A DNA stretch of 64,000 bases from Patescibacteria group bacterium (GTDB lineage Bacteria; Chloroflexota; Anaerolineae; Promineifilales; Promineifilaceae): contig DATLAB010000014.1 in NCBI GenBank assembly GCA_035527655.1, forward strand, positions 33,099 to 97,098. Direction: 5' to 3'. The position numbers were made by a program, and so were the translations under genes. Of this stretch, positions 10,581-19,046 are shown piece after piece. The first letter of the stretch is position 1. The number at the start of each line of letters is the position of its first letter. The notes under the pieces were generated by a model. That model had not been told where the DNA came from. It did no database searches and saw nothing but the letters and a program-made list of their open reading frames with translations.

Positions 10581-11206
10581 GCGGATCATCGATTCCTGCC
10601 TCTGTCCCACAACCATTACAAAAAGTGTCGGCGGCAGACATATTGGTCAGTCGCTGCCGATCAGGCGAGGAAGAAGCCTTTGTAGACGTGTATAACTATT
10701 ATGCAGGCTCGATCTATCGCTTATGCTTTAGCATCCTACAGCATCGGGAAGATGCCGAAGAGGTAATGCAGGATTCATTCGAGTACGCTTTTCGGCGAAT
10801 CAAAGTCTACGATGCCACCCGGTCTGCTTTTAAAACATGGCTGTATCAGATAGCGGTCAGTCGCTGCCGTAATAAGCGTCGCAGGAAATGGCTGACGGCG
10901 ATTCCCTTCAGCCAAATCCTTGGAGATCGGCTGGTTGATAACAGTATTATCCATCCAGACGAAAAGCTGGTCCTGGATGAGAGGCAGCGCAGGGTATGGG
11001 CTGCGTTAGGCCAATTGTCACCGAAGCTCAGGGAGACGGCCGTGCTTCGCTATTATGAAGGTCTGACTTATTCAGAAATTGGAGAGGTATTGGTTATTCC
11101 ACCAAAAACAGCAGAATCCCGAATGCGCCTGGCCCACACGTCGCTAGCAAAACTCTTAGAAGGAGAATTTGGCCAATTTGGGAGCGGAGGGCAAGATGAC
11201 ACCTGA
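10544..11206 (+). CDS. ECF-type RNA polymerase sigma factor (sigma-70 family, regions 2 and 4)
   Basis: Region 2 reads EDAEEVMQDSFEYAFRRI...FKTWLYQIAVSRCRNKRR, and region 4 HTH reads LRETAVLRYYEGLTYSEIGEVLVIPPKTAESRMRLA. The start is ambiguous: ATG 10544 overlaps the upstream gene by 37 nt, while an in-frame GTG at 10577 forms a GTGA overlap with the upstream stop. Confidence 0.9.
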   Translation: MATRRPGWRIPVSGSSIPASVPQPLQKVSAADILVSRCRSGEEEAFVDVYNYYAGSIYRLCFSILQHREDAEEVMQDSFEYAFRRIKVYDATRSAFKTWLYQIAVSRCRNKRRRKWLTAIPFSQILGDRLVDNSIIHPDEKLVLDERQRRVWAALGQLSPKLRETAVLRYYEGLTYSEIGEVLVIPPKTAESRMRLAHTSLAKLLEGEFGQFGSGGQDDT

Positions 11207-11756
11207 ATCAGATCAGCAACATGTCAATAAGATATTAACTGATTATGTGCTCGAACTTTTACCATTAGCAGAACATAAAGCAGCTACTCGGCATATAGCC
11301 CGCTGTGTAAACTGCCGGCAAGCGGTGGTGCGCGAGCGGCAGATAGGCCTGGTAGTAAAACAGACGCTGGCTACGGCAACGGCTGACAAGCGAAAACCAC
11401 TCAACAACAGTTGGAATATGCAGGTCAACCACCACCATTTCTGGAATCTTATAAATCAGGGTCGGAAGCAGATCTTCCTGGCTTCCTGCTTGCTCATCCT
11501 GGCCTTAGCCACTCTTGGAATACAGCTAAGATTACATCAGAATGATATACTGGCCACTACCCCGGCGATATTGTCGACAGCAATCCTGAACACCGAAACG
11601 CCAACGGCCACACTCCTGGCAACATCCGAAGGGATTCAAAATTCAGCCATTATTTCCCCGACACCCCCTTCATCAAAAACTATCCCGCTACCGGAGATAG
11701 CCCTGGCGCCGGCGGCCGTGTTCCCGGGTCAACTATTACCCAGATCATTCCAATGA
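11169..11756 (+). CDS. Anti-sigma factor, zf-HC2 type, single TM
   Basis: Has the HX3CX2C motif (HIARCVNC) at the N-terminus and one TM (IFLASCLLILALATLGI). It lies immediately downstream of and overlapping the ECF sigma gene. ATG 11196 (MTPESDQQ) is a plausible alternative start. Confidence 0.7.
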   Translation: MANLGAEGKMTPESDQQHVNKILTDYVLELLPLAEHKAATRHIARCVNCRQAVVRERQIGLVVKQTLATATADKRKPLNNSWNMQVNHHHFWNLINQGRKQIFLASCLLILALATLGIQLRLHQNDILATTPAILSTAILNTETPTATLLATSEGIQNSAIISPTPPSSKTIPLPEIALAPAAVFPGQLLPRSFQ

Positions 11757-11813
11757 TTCTTGCATACAGCCTAATACCAGACCACCATACCACTGTATTA
11801 ACCGAGGAAATTA

Positions 11814-14800
11814 ATGAGTGATTTGAGCGAGACAACTGACAAGTCTACCGACGAATTCCTGAGCCGACCATTGCTATCCGCGATCAACCTGGATGTTGAG
11901 AAAACGATATACCTGGTAATAATATTGTTGGCCCTGGCTACTCGACTTTGGGGGATTGGTGATCGCGTTGTCAGTCATGATGAAAGCCTTCACACCCAAT
12001 ATTCTTATCTTTACTACAATGGTGATGGCTACAACCATACGCCTTTGATGCATGGTCCGTCACTTTTCCATATTACGGCCTTATCTTATTGGCTTCTCGG
12101 CGACAATGATACCAGCGCCAGAATTCCTGTCGCTTTGGTTGGCGTATTGCTGGTATTCATGCCCTACTTCCTCCGGGGTTGGATCGGCAAGACAGGCGCA
12201 TTAGTCGCTAGTTTTCTCCTCCTAATATCGCCCTATATCACGTACTATTCCCGCTACATCAGGCACGACATCCTGATTATCACCTCGGCGCTATTAGTAT
12301 TCATTTCAATCGTTCATTATCTGCGAAAGCGTCAGGATAAATACATATGGTGGTTTGCACTGGGCATGGCCTTAATGTTCACCACCATGGAGACATCGTT
12401 TATCTATGTTGCCATATTCGGCAGTTTTTTAGTCCTGGCTCTTGCGGCCAAAATCTTTACAGCGTCCTGGTTTCTTGACCAATGGAGGCGGTTGCTGCTA
12501 CCACTGGGCCTCGTATTACTCGCCTTGGTTATATTTAGTATCGGATTTATGGGCCAAAGGGCTATCGAGAAGAGCGCCAACGCCCAAAGTGAGGCCACCG
12601 CAGTCGTTACCGACGAAGGCTTCGCCGCCGATCCCGACCAGGAGCTTGTCACAGAAGCCGATCAGGATTTGCCATCAGCCGACGATACTCTTTATCGTTG
12701 GTTGCAGATTGGCGGCATCATCGTACTCACCGGCGGGATGTTCTTGATAGCTTTCAGACTTCGTCCCTATATCGATGAAATACCCGAGTTTGATCTGGTT
12801 GTACTTTTCACCACTTTAACCTTGCCAACAGCGACAGCATTCCTCATCGTTATGGCGGGCAAGAATCCCCTGGCCTACACAATCAACAATTGTGAATTGG
12901 TAGGCCAGGAGACAATGTCCTCAATAAAACTGTTTTTTAATCAGGCGTTTAATGAAACCTGCCGCGATGCTTTCTTATCATCCTCAGTTTTAGTATCGGC
13001 CGGCTTCCTGATTTTAACGTTGCTGGTCTCACTCCTGGTTGGAATATGGTGGAACCGCCGCCGTTGGCTCATTGCGGCTGTCATCTATCATGGGATCTTC
13101 TTGTTACTCTTCTCCTCACTATTCTCCAATCCTGCGGGGTGGACCAGTGGCATGGTGGGCTCCCTGGGCTACTGGCTGGAACAACAAGCCGTGCAACGGG
13201 CTAACCAGCCCTCTTACTTCTATTTCATCGTATTACCGCTATATGAATTTTTACCGTTGTTGTTCATGCTGCTTGCCGGATTCTATTGGGCAGCCAAAAG
13301 CAGGCTGAACAAGATTTATGCCTACCTTTTCGGCTCGGTTCTCTTAGCTGCCTTCACTTACTATTTGATTAATCAACTAACGAATCAGGATGCCGTCCTT
13401 CGGGAAGAAATGACCAGGATGCCCGCTATGGTCGCCGCGCTGATCGTCATCACTCTGGCTGTGGTCTTGTTTATACTCCTCCTCATTCGTTGGATTCAAA
13501 CTGAGCGAATTGGGGATGGAGACGAGGATGATATCGACGGCGTCTGGGACAGGATGAACAGCGCCGTAAACGAGTTGTTTGACTTTGTTCCCTATCTCAT
13601 CTGGTGGTTCGTTGTATCCTGGGTTATTTACACCTACGCCGGTGAAAAAATGGCCTGGCTCAGCAGCCACTTTGTAGTCCCCATGGTTTTGATGGCCGGT
13701 TGGTATATCAATGAAAAGCTGACATCTGCCAATCTAGGTGAACTACGAACCCGGCGATTTGCCTTGTTAACGGCGCTTGACCTACTCTTCCTATTCGCCT
13801 TGGGCGTCGTCCTGGGGCCACTCTTGCTTGGCGATATTTCTATTCGAGGCCAAGAATTGGACAACTTGACCAATCTTGGCCGGCTGATTGGCAGTCTCAT
13901 TATTCTTGGAACAGTTGTATATTTTTTCCGCCGGGTTGGCCGGATTTTTGAGTCCGGCACTCGTAGGCGAGCCTGGATTTTCGCCATTTTTTTGTTCCTG
14001 GCACTGCTCACGATCCGCTTTACCTATATGTCCAGCTTTACCAATGCGGATAACGTCACCGAGTTTCTAGTCTACGCCCATGGCGCCCCGGCAACCAAGA
14101 ATGAAGTTCTGCCCCAGCTCGAAGAGCTTTCCCTGCGTCTGCATGGCGATAAGAGCATTCAGGTAGCTTTCGACAATGATTCCTCATGGCCATTTACCTG
14201 GTATTTGCGAGATTATCCAAACAGGATCTACTTCGGGGAAGAGCCTGGTCGAAATGTAACCGAAGCGCCTGTAGTTATTGCCGGCAGCCTCAATTGGAAC
14301 AAAGTCGAACCAATACTTGGAGATGATTACGAACAGAAGAACTATACATTCCTCTGGTGGCCGATGGAGGAATATCGAAATATATCCTGGAAAGCGATCC
14401 TCGGGGATCCTGATGCCGAGGCTGGGACCCGGCGCGGTCTTGGCAATCCCGACGTCAGAAAGGCTCTTTGGGATATATTCTTTTACCGAGACTATGAAAA
14501 ATATAGCCAAGTATACGGTGGCACATATACCGCAGGCCAATGGCCATTGCGCCATGATTTGCGAATGTATATTAGAAAAGATGTATTAACCACTATCTGG
14601 GATCATGGCGTGGATATTTTGGCAGCCGAGCCGCCGGTCGATCTCTATGCAGAGGGCGAATTATTATTGTCCCCATCACTTTCAATTGGAACAACCGGTT
14701 CAGAAGTTGGACAGTTGCTTCGGCCCAGGAACATGGCCATCGGTGAGGACGGAATGATCTTCGTGACCGATTCGGGCAATCATCGCATCCAGGTATTCGA

Positions 14801-15563
14801 TCAGGATGGATTCTTTCAATATAGCTGGGGTGAGTTTGGAATCGAACCAGGTCAATTTAATGAGCCCTGGGGTATAGCTGTTGACGATGATTTTGTCTAC
14901 GTTGCGGATACGTGGAATCACCGAATTCAGAAGTTTTCCCATGATGGTGAACTAATCGACGTTTTTGGCCAGAGCGGCTCCCCTACCCAAGACCAGGTAG
15001 GCGGAGGTCTTTTTTTCGGACCCCGAGATATCACCTTCAATTCTGATGGCCATCTGGTGGTCACCGACACAGGGAATCACCGGCTCCAAATATTCGATAC
15101 CGATGGCAATTTTATTGAAACGGTCGGTTCTCAGGGTAATTTACCCGGCCAATTCTATGAACCTGTTGGAGTTGCCACGATGGCAACGGGTTCTCTTCTG
15201 GTAGTCGACACATGGAATGGCCGCATCCAACGAATTGGCGGCAACCTGTTGCCTGAGACCGAATGGGCGGTAGACGCATGGTATGGGGAGTCAATTGAAA
15301 ATAAGCCATACATAGCAGTCGATCAGAATGACCGGGTCTATGTCAGCGATCCTGAGGGGTATCGTATATTGATTTTCGACACGACGGGCCAATACCTTGG
15401 TAGATTTGGTCAATTCAGTCTAGATTTGGATGGTTTTGGGCTACCGAATGGGGTTGCCGTCAGTCCAGATGGCAGCATCTTCGTAGCTGATGCCGGCAAC
15501 AACCGTGTCCTCAAGTTTGAAATCGACTTAAATCAAATACCATTGCCGCCGAGCGAGCCATAG
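11814..15563 (+). CDS. TIGR03663-like GT-C membrane protein fused to a C-terminal six-bladed NHL-repeat beta-propeller (1249 aa)
   Basis: SD GAGGAAATTAATG. The family's invariant residues are present (SHDESLH, MHGPSLFH). Many TM helices follow. The C-terminal roughly 290 aa hold six NHL-like repeats (GNHRIQVFDQDG, WNHRIQKFSHDG, GNHRLQIFDTDG, WNGRIQRI, EGYRILIFDTTG, GNNRVLKFE). TAG stop. Confidence 0.85.
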   Translation: MSDLSETTDKSTDEFLSRPLLSAINLDVEKTIYLVIILLALATRLWGIGDRVVSHDESLHTQYSYLYYNGDGYNHTPLMHGPSLFHITALSYWLLGDNDTSARIPVALVGVLLVFMPYFLRGWIGKTGALVASFLLLISPYITYYSRYIRHDILIITSALLVFISIVHYLRKRQDKYIWWFALGMALMFTTMETSFIYVAIFGSFLVLALAAKIFTASWFLDQWRRLLLPLGLVLLALVIFSIGFMGQRAIEKSANAQSEATAVVTDEGFAADPDQELVTEADQDLPSADDTLYRWLQIGGIIVLTGGMFLIAFRLRPYIDEIPEFDLVVLFTTLTLPTATAFLIVMAGKNPLAYTINNCELVGQETMSSIKLFFNQAFNETCRDAFLSSSVLVSAGFLILTLLVSLLVGIWWNRRRWLIAAVIYHGIFLLLFSSLFSNPAGWTSGMVGSLGYWLEQQAVQRANQPSYFYFIVLPLYEFLPLLFMLLAGFYWAAKSRLNKIYAYLFGSVLLAAFTYYLINQLTNQDAVLREEMTRMPAMVAALIVITLAVVLFILLLIRWIQTERIGDGDEDDIDGVWDRMNSAVNELFDFVPYLIWWFVVSWVIYTYAGEKMAWLSSHFVVPMVLMAGWYINEKLTSANLGELRTRRFALLTALDLLFLFALGVVLGPLLLGDISIRGQELDNLTNLGRLIGSLIILGTVVYFFRRVGRIFESGTRRRAWIFAIFLFLALLTIRFTYMSSFTNADNVTEFLVYAHGAPATKNEVLPQLEELSLRLHGDKSIQVAFDNDSSWPFTWYLRDYPNRIYFGEEPGRNVTEAPVVIAGSLNWNKVEPILGDDYEQKNYTFLWWPMEEYRNISWKAILGDPDAEAGTRRGLGNPDVRKALWDIFFYRDYEKYSQVYGGTYTAGQWPLRHDLRMYIRKDVLTTIWDHGVDILAAEPPVDLYAEGELLLSPSLSIGTTGSEVGQLLRPRNMAIGEDGMIFVTDSGNHRIQVFDQDGFFQYSWGEFGIEPGQFNEPWGIAVDDDFVYVADTWNHRIQKFSHDGELIDVFGQSGSPTQDQVGGGLFFGPRDITFNSDGHLVVTDTGNHRLQIFDTDGNFIETVGSQGNLPGQFYEPVGVATMATGSLLVVDTWNGRIQRIGGNLLPETEWAVDAWYGESIENKPYIAVDQNDRVYVSDPEGYRILIFDTTGQYLGRFGQFSLDLDGFGLPNGVAVSPDGSIFVADAGNNRVLKFEIDLNQIPLPPSEP

Positions 15564-15709
15564 GTTTCAATCAATTTGAGCATCATAGAGCCCAGGTAAT
15601 CTGGCAAAATAAGGCAGATCGTGATAGAAATCGGGGGGTGTCTTTAGGTCCATAGCTGTGGTTCGGCCACTACCAATCAGCCTTCTTTGCCATCAGGTCG
15701 GAGGTTCTT

Positions 15710-16048
15710 GTGAGACTCGTTGCCTATCTTCTAGCCGGCGCAATTGGATTGCTCGGGTTGGTATTTATCGTGGGCTGGCAAAACCAGGCTTCTCGCCTCA
15801 TCATAGGGGCAATTCTTATCGGAACAGCCTTCTTCATCGTCTATCTGAATCGTATCCAGGCCAAATCATCTACAACCACCATTCAACAAATAGATTTAAG
15901 TGGCGACGTCAATCTCGAGGAGATACGTTGCAATTCCTGCAACGCTCCCCTTAGTAAGGATGATATCGATGTGAAAGCGGGGGCGATCTTCGTCAACTGT
16001 GCCCACTGTGGGGCGACTTACCAGTTTGAGGAAAAACCAAAATGGTAA
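15710..16048 (+). CDS. Small membrane protein with two TM helices and a C-terminal CxxC...CxxC zinc ribbon
   Basis: GTG start 6 nt after GGAGG. TM helices LVAYLLAGAIGLLGLVFIVGW and LIIGAILIGTAFFIVYL are followed by CNSCNAPL...NCAHCGATY. Its stop overlaps the ATG of the next gene (ATGGTAA). Confidence 0.6.
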   Translation: MRLVAYLLAGAIGLLGLVFIVGWQNQASRLIIGAILIGTAFFIVYLNRIQAKSSTTTIQQIDLSGDVNLEEIRCNSCNAPLSKDDIDVKAGAIFVNCAHCGATYQFEEKPKW

Positions 16049-17694
16049 CCAGCAGGGTTTCCAACACGGGTCGCCAGCTACTAGCTTCTCTGCGCCAGGA
16101 TCTGTCAAGCTTAGCTGCCACTGTCTCCCAGAAGTCTGATATAACACCCGGTTTGTATACCTATAAGATCCCCCTTTCCGGCGGAAAACGACGTTTTCAC
16201 CTACGGATAGAGCAAGATGGTCAGGGAATACTATTTGTTGACGTCACGGATGTCGTCCATTTGAATCGCACCGCGGCTCAAATCACCAAAAATGCTTTGG
16301 ATGGTCTGCCCAAGCGAGTGACCATGGCTCAACTGGCGGCCAGGTATAACAATTTAGGCGTCAGTGATATCCTGGATGAAGTTAATACCATTTACGAGAT
16401 GATCGATCAATTTGGCGATCCCAGAGTTGATTGTCCTACGTGTGCGGTAGCTTCTCTAGACAGAGCCCCGCTCTTCAGTTTGCGAGCCAACGCCCCGTAC
16501 AAGGCCGATCTCGCTCTGACGTACGGTTGTAATAATCAATGCGCTCATTGTTATAACGAACCCGATCGCTTCAGCATGGCCTCTTTAAGCCGGAGCGAAT
16601 GGTACACGGTATTGGACCAACTCCATGAGGTCGCCATCCCCCATATCATTTTCACAGGTGGAGAAGCGACTCTCCATCCTGATCTACTCGAATTGATAAA
16701 TTATGCTGACTCCTTAGGCATGGTGACCGGCCTCAATTCAAATGGCCGGCGCATGGCTAGACTCACCTATGCCCGGGAACTTGTCGATTCGGGACTCAAT
16801 CACGTCCAGGTAACACTCGGCTCTCACCAGTCAGGGTTGCATGATGCTATCATGGGCGCCAGTTCATTTCATCAAACCGTAGCAGGCATCAAGAATGCCA
16901 TTTCGGTTGGTCTTCACTGCATTACCAATACGACGCTCATGCGCTGTAATATGGATCAGGTCGAAGCGCTCATCAACTTCATCTATGAGCTTGGTGTCAG
17001 GACCTTCGCCATGAATGGTATGATTTATTCAGGTGGCGGCTTCTCAGATCCTAATACCATTCCGGAAAGTGCATTACCACCACTCCTGTTGCGGGTTCGC
17101 GATCATGCTGCCACCAAAAACATGCGCTTCCTCTGGTACACGCCGACTGAATATTGTCGCATGTCACCGGTAGAGCTGGAAATAGGCGCTAAACGATGCA
17201 ACGCTGGTGAATATTCAATATGCATTGAGCCTAATGGCGATGTGCTGCCATGCCAATCCTTTTACACCGCTGCCGGGAACATCCTATCGGACAATTGGTC
17301 CGACATCTGGCAGGGAGATCTTTTCTTGAGTTTTCGGGAAAGAGAGGTCGATCCGCGATTAGCCGGTCTACCTGAAAAATGCTGGGAGTGTCCAGATTTG
17401 CCGTTGTGCGGCGGTGGCTGCCGCATAGAACGGGAAGCTCGCGAAGGAAAGCGCGCAGCCCTCAGCCTTGATAACCACCTGGCCTGCGGGGGCGGTTGTG
17501 GTACGGGTCGCACATCTCTGAAGGTAGATGGGAAGTTAGGGTATTCACCACCTCCAGGTGCGATAAATCCTCAATTGCGATCAACCGGCCAAGGAACCCG
17601 GTTGATCCCCCTGGCGGACCTTACAAACAGCCATAACGGGCACACCAACGCCAAAAACATGGTTGGTTCTGGAGATGGGCAGGAGATAGGATGA
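16042..17694 (+). CDS. Radical SAM / SPASM-domain enzyme with an N-terminal PqqD/RRE-like extension
   Basis: CX3CX2C cluster motif in LTYGCNNQCAHCYN and a GGE motif in IIFTGGEATL. SPASM signature CNAGEYSICIEPNGDVLPC followed by CWECPDLPLCGGGC (CX2CX5CX3C). The N-terminal roughly 130 aa contain a PqqD-like HLNRTAAQITKNALDG. There is a roughly 100-aa low-complexity C-terminal tail. Confidence 0.9.
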   Translation: MVTSRVSNTGRQLLASLRQDLSSLAATVSQKSDITPGLYTYKIPLSGGKRRFHLRIEQDGQGILFVDVTDVVHLNRTAAQITKNALDGLPKRVTMAQLAARYNNLGVSDILDEVNTIYEMIDQFGDPRVDCPTCAVASLDRAPLFSLRANAPYKADLALTYGCNNQCAHCYNEPDRFSMASLSRSEWYTVLDQLHEVAIPHIIFTGGEATLHPDLLELINYADSLGMVTGLNSNGRRMARLTYARELVDSGLNHVQVTLGSHQSGLHDAIMGASSFHQTVAGIKNAISVGLHCITNTTLMRCNMDQVEALINFIYELGVRTFAMNGMIYSGGGFSDPNTIPESALPPLLLRVRDHAATKNMRFLWYTPTEYCRMSPVELEIGAKRCNAGEYSICIEPNGDVLPCQSFYTAAGNILSDNWSDIWQGDLFLSFREREVDPRLAGLPEKCWECPDLPLCGGGCRIEREAREGKRAALSLDNHLACGGGCGTGRTSLKVDGKLGYSPPPGAINPQLRSTGQGTRLIPLADLTNSHNGHTNAKNMVGSGDGQEIG

Positions 17695-17747
17695 AATTCA
17701 AGATCTGTTGCGGGTAACAAATTAGACAGATCGGGCTAAGTAACGAT

Positions 17748-19046
17748 ATGGATAAATTTCTATTCTTACCAACCCCAAGAAAATTACCTCCCCAGATTCC
17801 CCACGGACTTTATCATTATATGCGGGAAGTAGATGGTAGTTTCACCAGGTTTCACCTCCGAGTTGAGCCAGACGGCCGGGGAATGCTCATGGCCAATGCT
17901 TCCGCAGCCGCCCGGTTGTCCCCGGTTGGGGTAAGAATGGCGAAAGGCTTGCTCGACGGAGAGACCAAAGATCAAATCTTAAACGAGACCAGGCAACGTT
18001 TTAGGGGCGCTTCGCCAGGTGCCATGGTGGAGGACTATCACCTCATAGAGAACCTTATTATCTCTCTGTCCTTACCCGGAGATAACTACCCGATTGTCAA
18101 TCTTGAAGATCCCGAAATCTCACCCTTCGACATTGAACTTATGGCTCCCTGGCAGGCAGATTTACCATTGGCCAGCCCACATGAAACCATCGCGATATTG
18201 GACCGTCTATGGGAAATTGGCATCCCCCATGTAACCATTTTTGTGCCACCGGAATTGGATCCTGATTACCTTATCCAAACGATTGAGCGGGCCGAAGATC
18301 TTGGCATGATCGCCGGTGTACGCGCTCGGGCAACAGATCTCAATGTTACAGGGTTATTGGATGATATATCCATGGCCGGTATCGATTACATAACATTGCT
18401 AGTTGCTTCAAATACAGCAATGCTGCATGACAGCCTGGCTGGGGTCGATGACCTGGCCAAGGTCTGGCCGCTCTTTGCCGCGATGTTAGAGTGTGAAATC
18501 GCCCCGGTGGCAGAATTACCGCTAACTCGCCGGACTACAGCCGAGCTTGAAGTCACATTAGAGAGATTGTTAGAGGCGCAGGTCCATAACGTAAATTTTG
18601 TTGCCTACGCTATACCAGACATTCTGGCTATAGAGGAAAATGAGGATTTTTTACCCGCATCAAGCCTGCCCCAGGTGGCGGACATGGTCGAGGAAATGGC
18701 TTCAGAACTGGAGGTTCGGTTCATATGGCAGCCTCCAGTCGGCGGCGACCCAAATATTTCACTTGGCGAGCAAATTGTCCGCGGTCCCCGATGTTCTGAC
18801 GACGCCTCTATTCGGGTAAACGCCAATGGCGATGTGATCCCTCCCCGAGGCGCCTCTCAGATAGCCGGTAACTTGCTCACAGATGATTGGGAGAAAATAT
18901 GGTCCAATACTTCTTTTGTGAGATATCGAGAAAGGCTTGAAAGGCCTACCAGGTGCGATGAGTGCCCGGGAATGGCCATCTGCGCGGCCGATTGTCCGCG
19001 GAATGTATCGGGCTGGTCCACTTCTTCAGGAGGTTATGATCGATGA
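17748..19046 (+). CDS. Radical-SAM-like paralog lacking the CX3CX2C cluster, with a retained SPASM-type CX2CX5CX3C motif and an RRE-like N-terminus
   Basis: The N-terminus is paralogous to the previous gene (FHLRVEPDGRGML vs FHLRIEQDGQGIL; RLSPVGVRMAKGLLDG). Where the cluster should sit, the sequence reads ADLPLASPHETIA with no Cys. The C-terminus keeps CSDDASIRVNANGDVIPP and CDECPGMAICAADC. Confidence 0.75.
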   Translation: MDKFLFLPTPRKLPPQIPHGLYHYMREVDGSFTRFHLRVEPDGRGMLMANASAAARLSPVGVRMAKGLLDGETKDQILNETRQRFRGASPGAMVEDYHLIENLIISLSLPGDNYPIVNLEDPEISPFDIELMAPWQADLPLASPHETIAILDRLWEIGIPHVTIFVPPELDPDYLIQTIERAEDLGMIAGVRARATDLNVTGLLDDISMAGIDYITLLVASNTAMLHDSLAGVDDLAKVWPLFAAMLECEIAPVAELPLTRRTTAELEVTLERLLEAQVHNVNFVAYAIPDILAIEENEDFLPASSLPQVADMVEEMASELEVRFIWQPPVGGDPNISLGEQIVRGPRCSDDASIRVNANGDVIPPRGASQIAGNLLTDDWEKIWSNTSFVRYRERLERPTRCDECPGMAICAADCPRNVSGWSTSSGGYDR

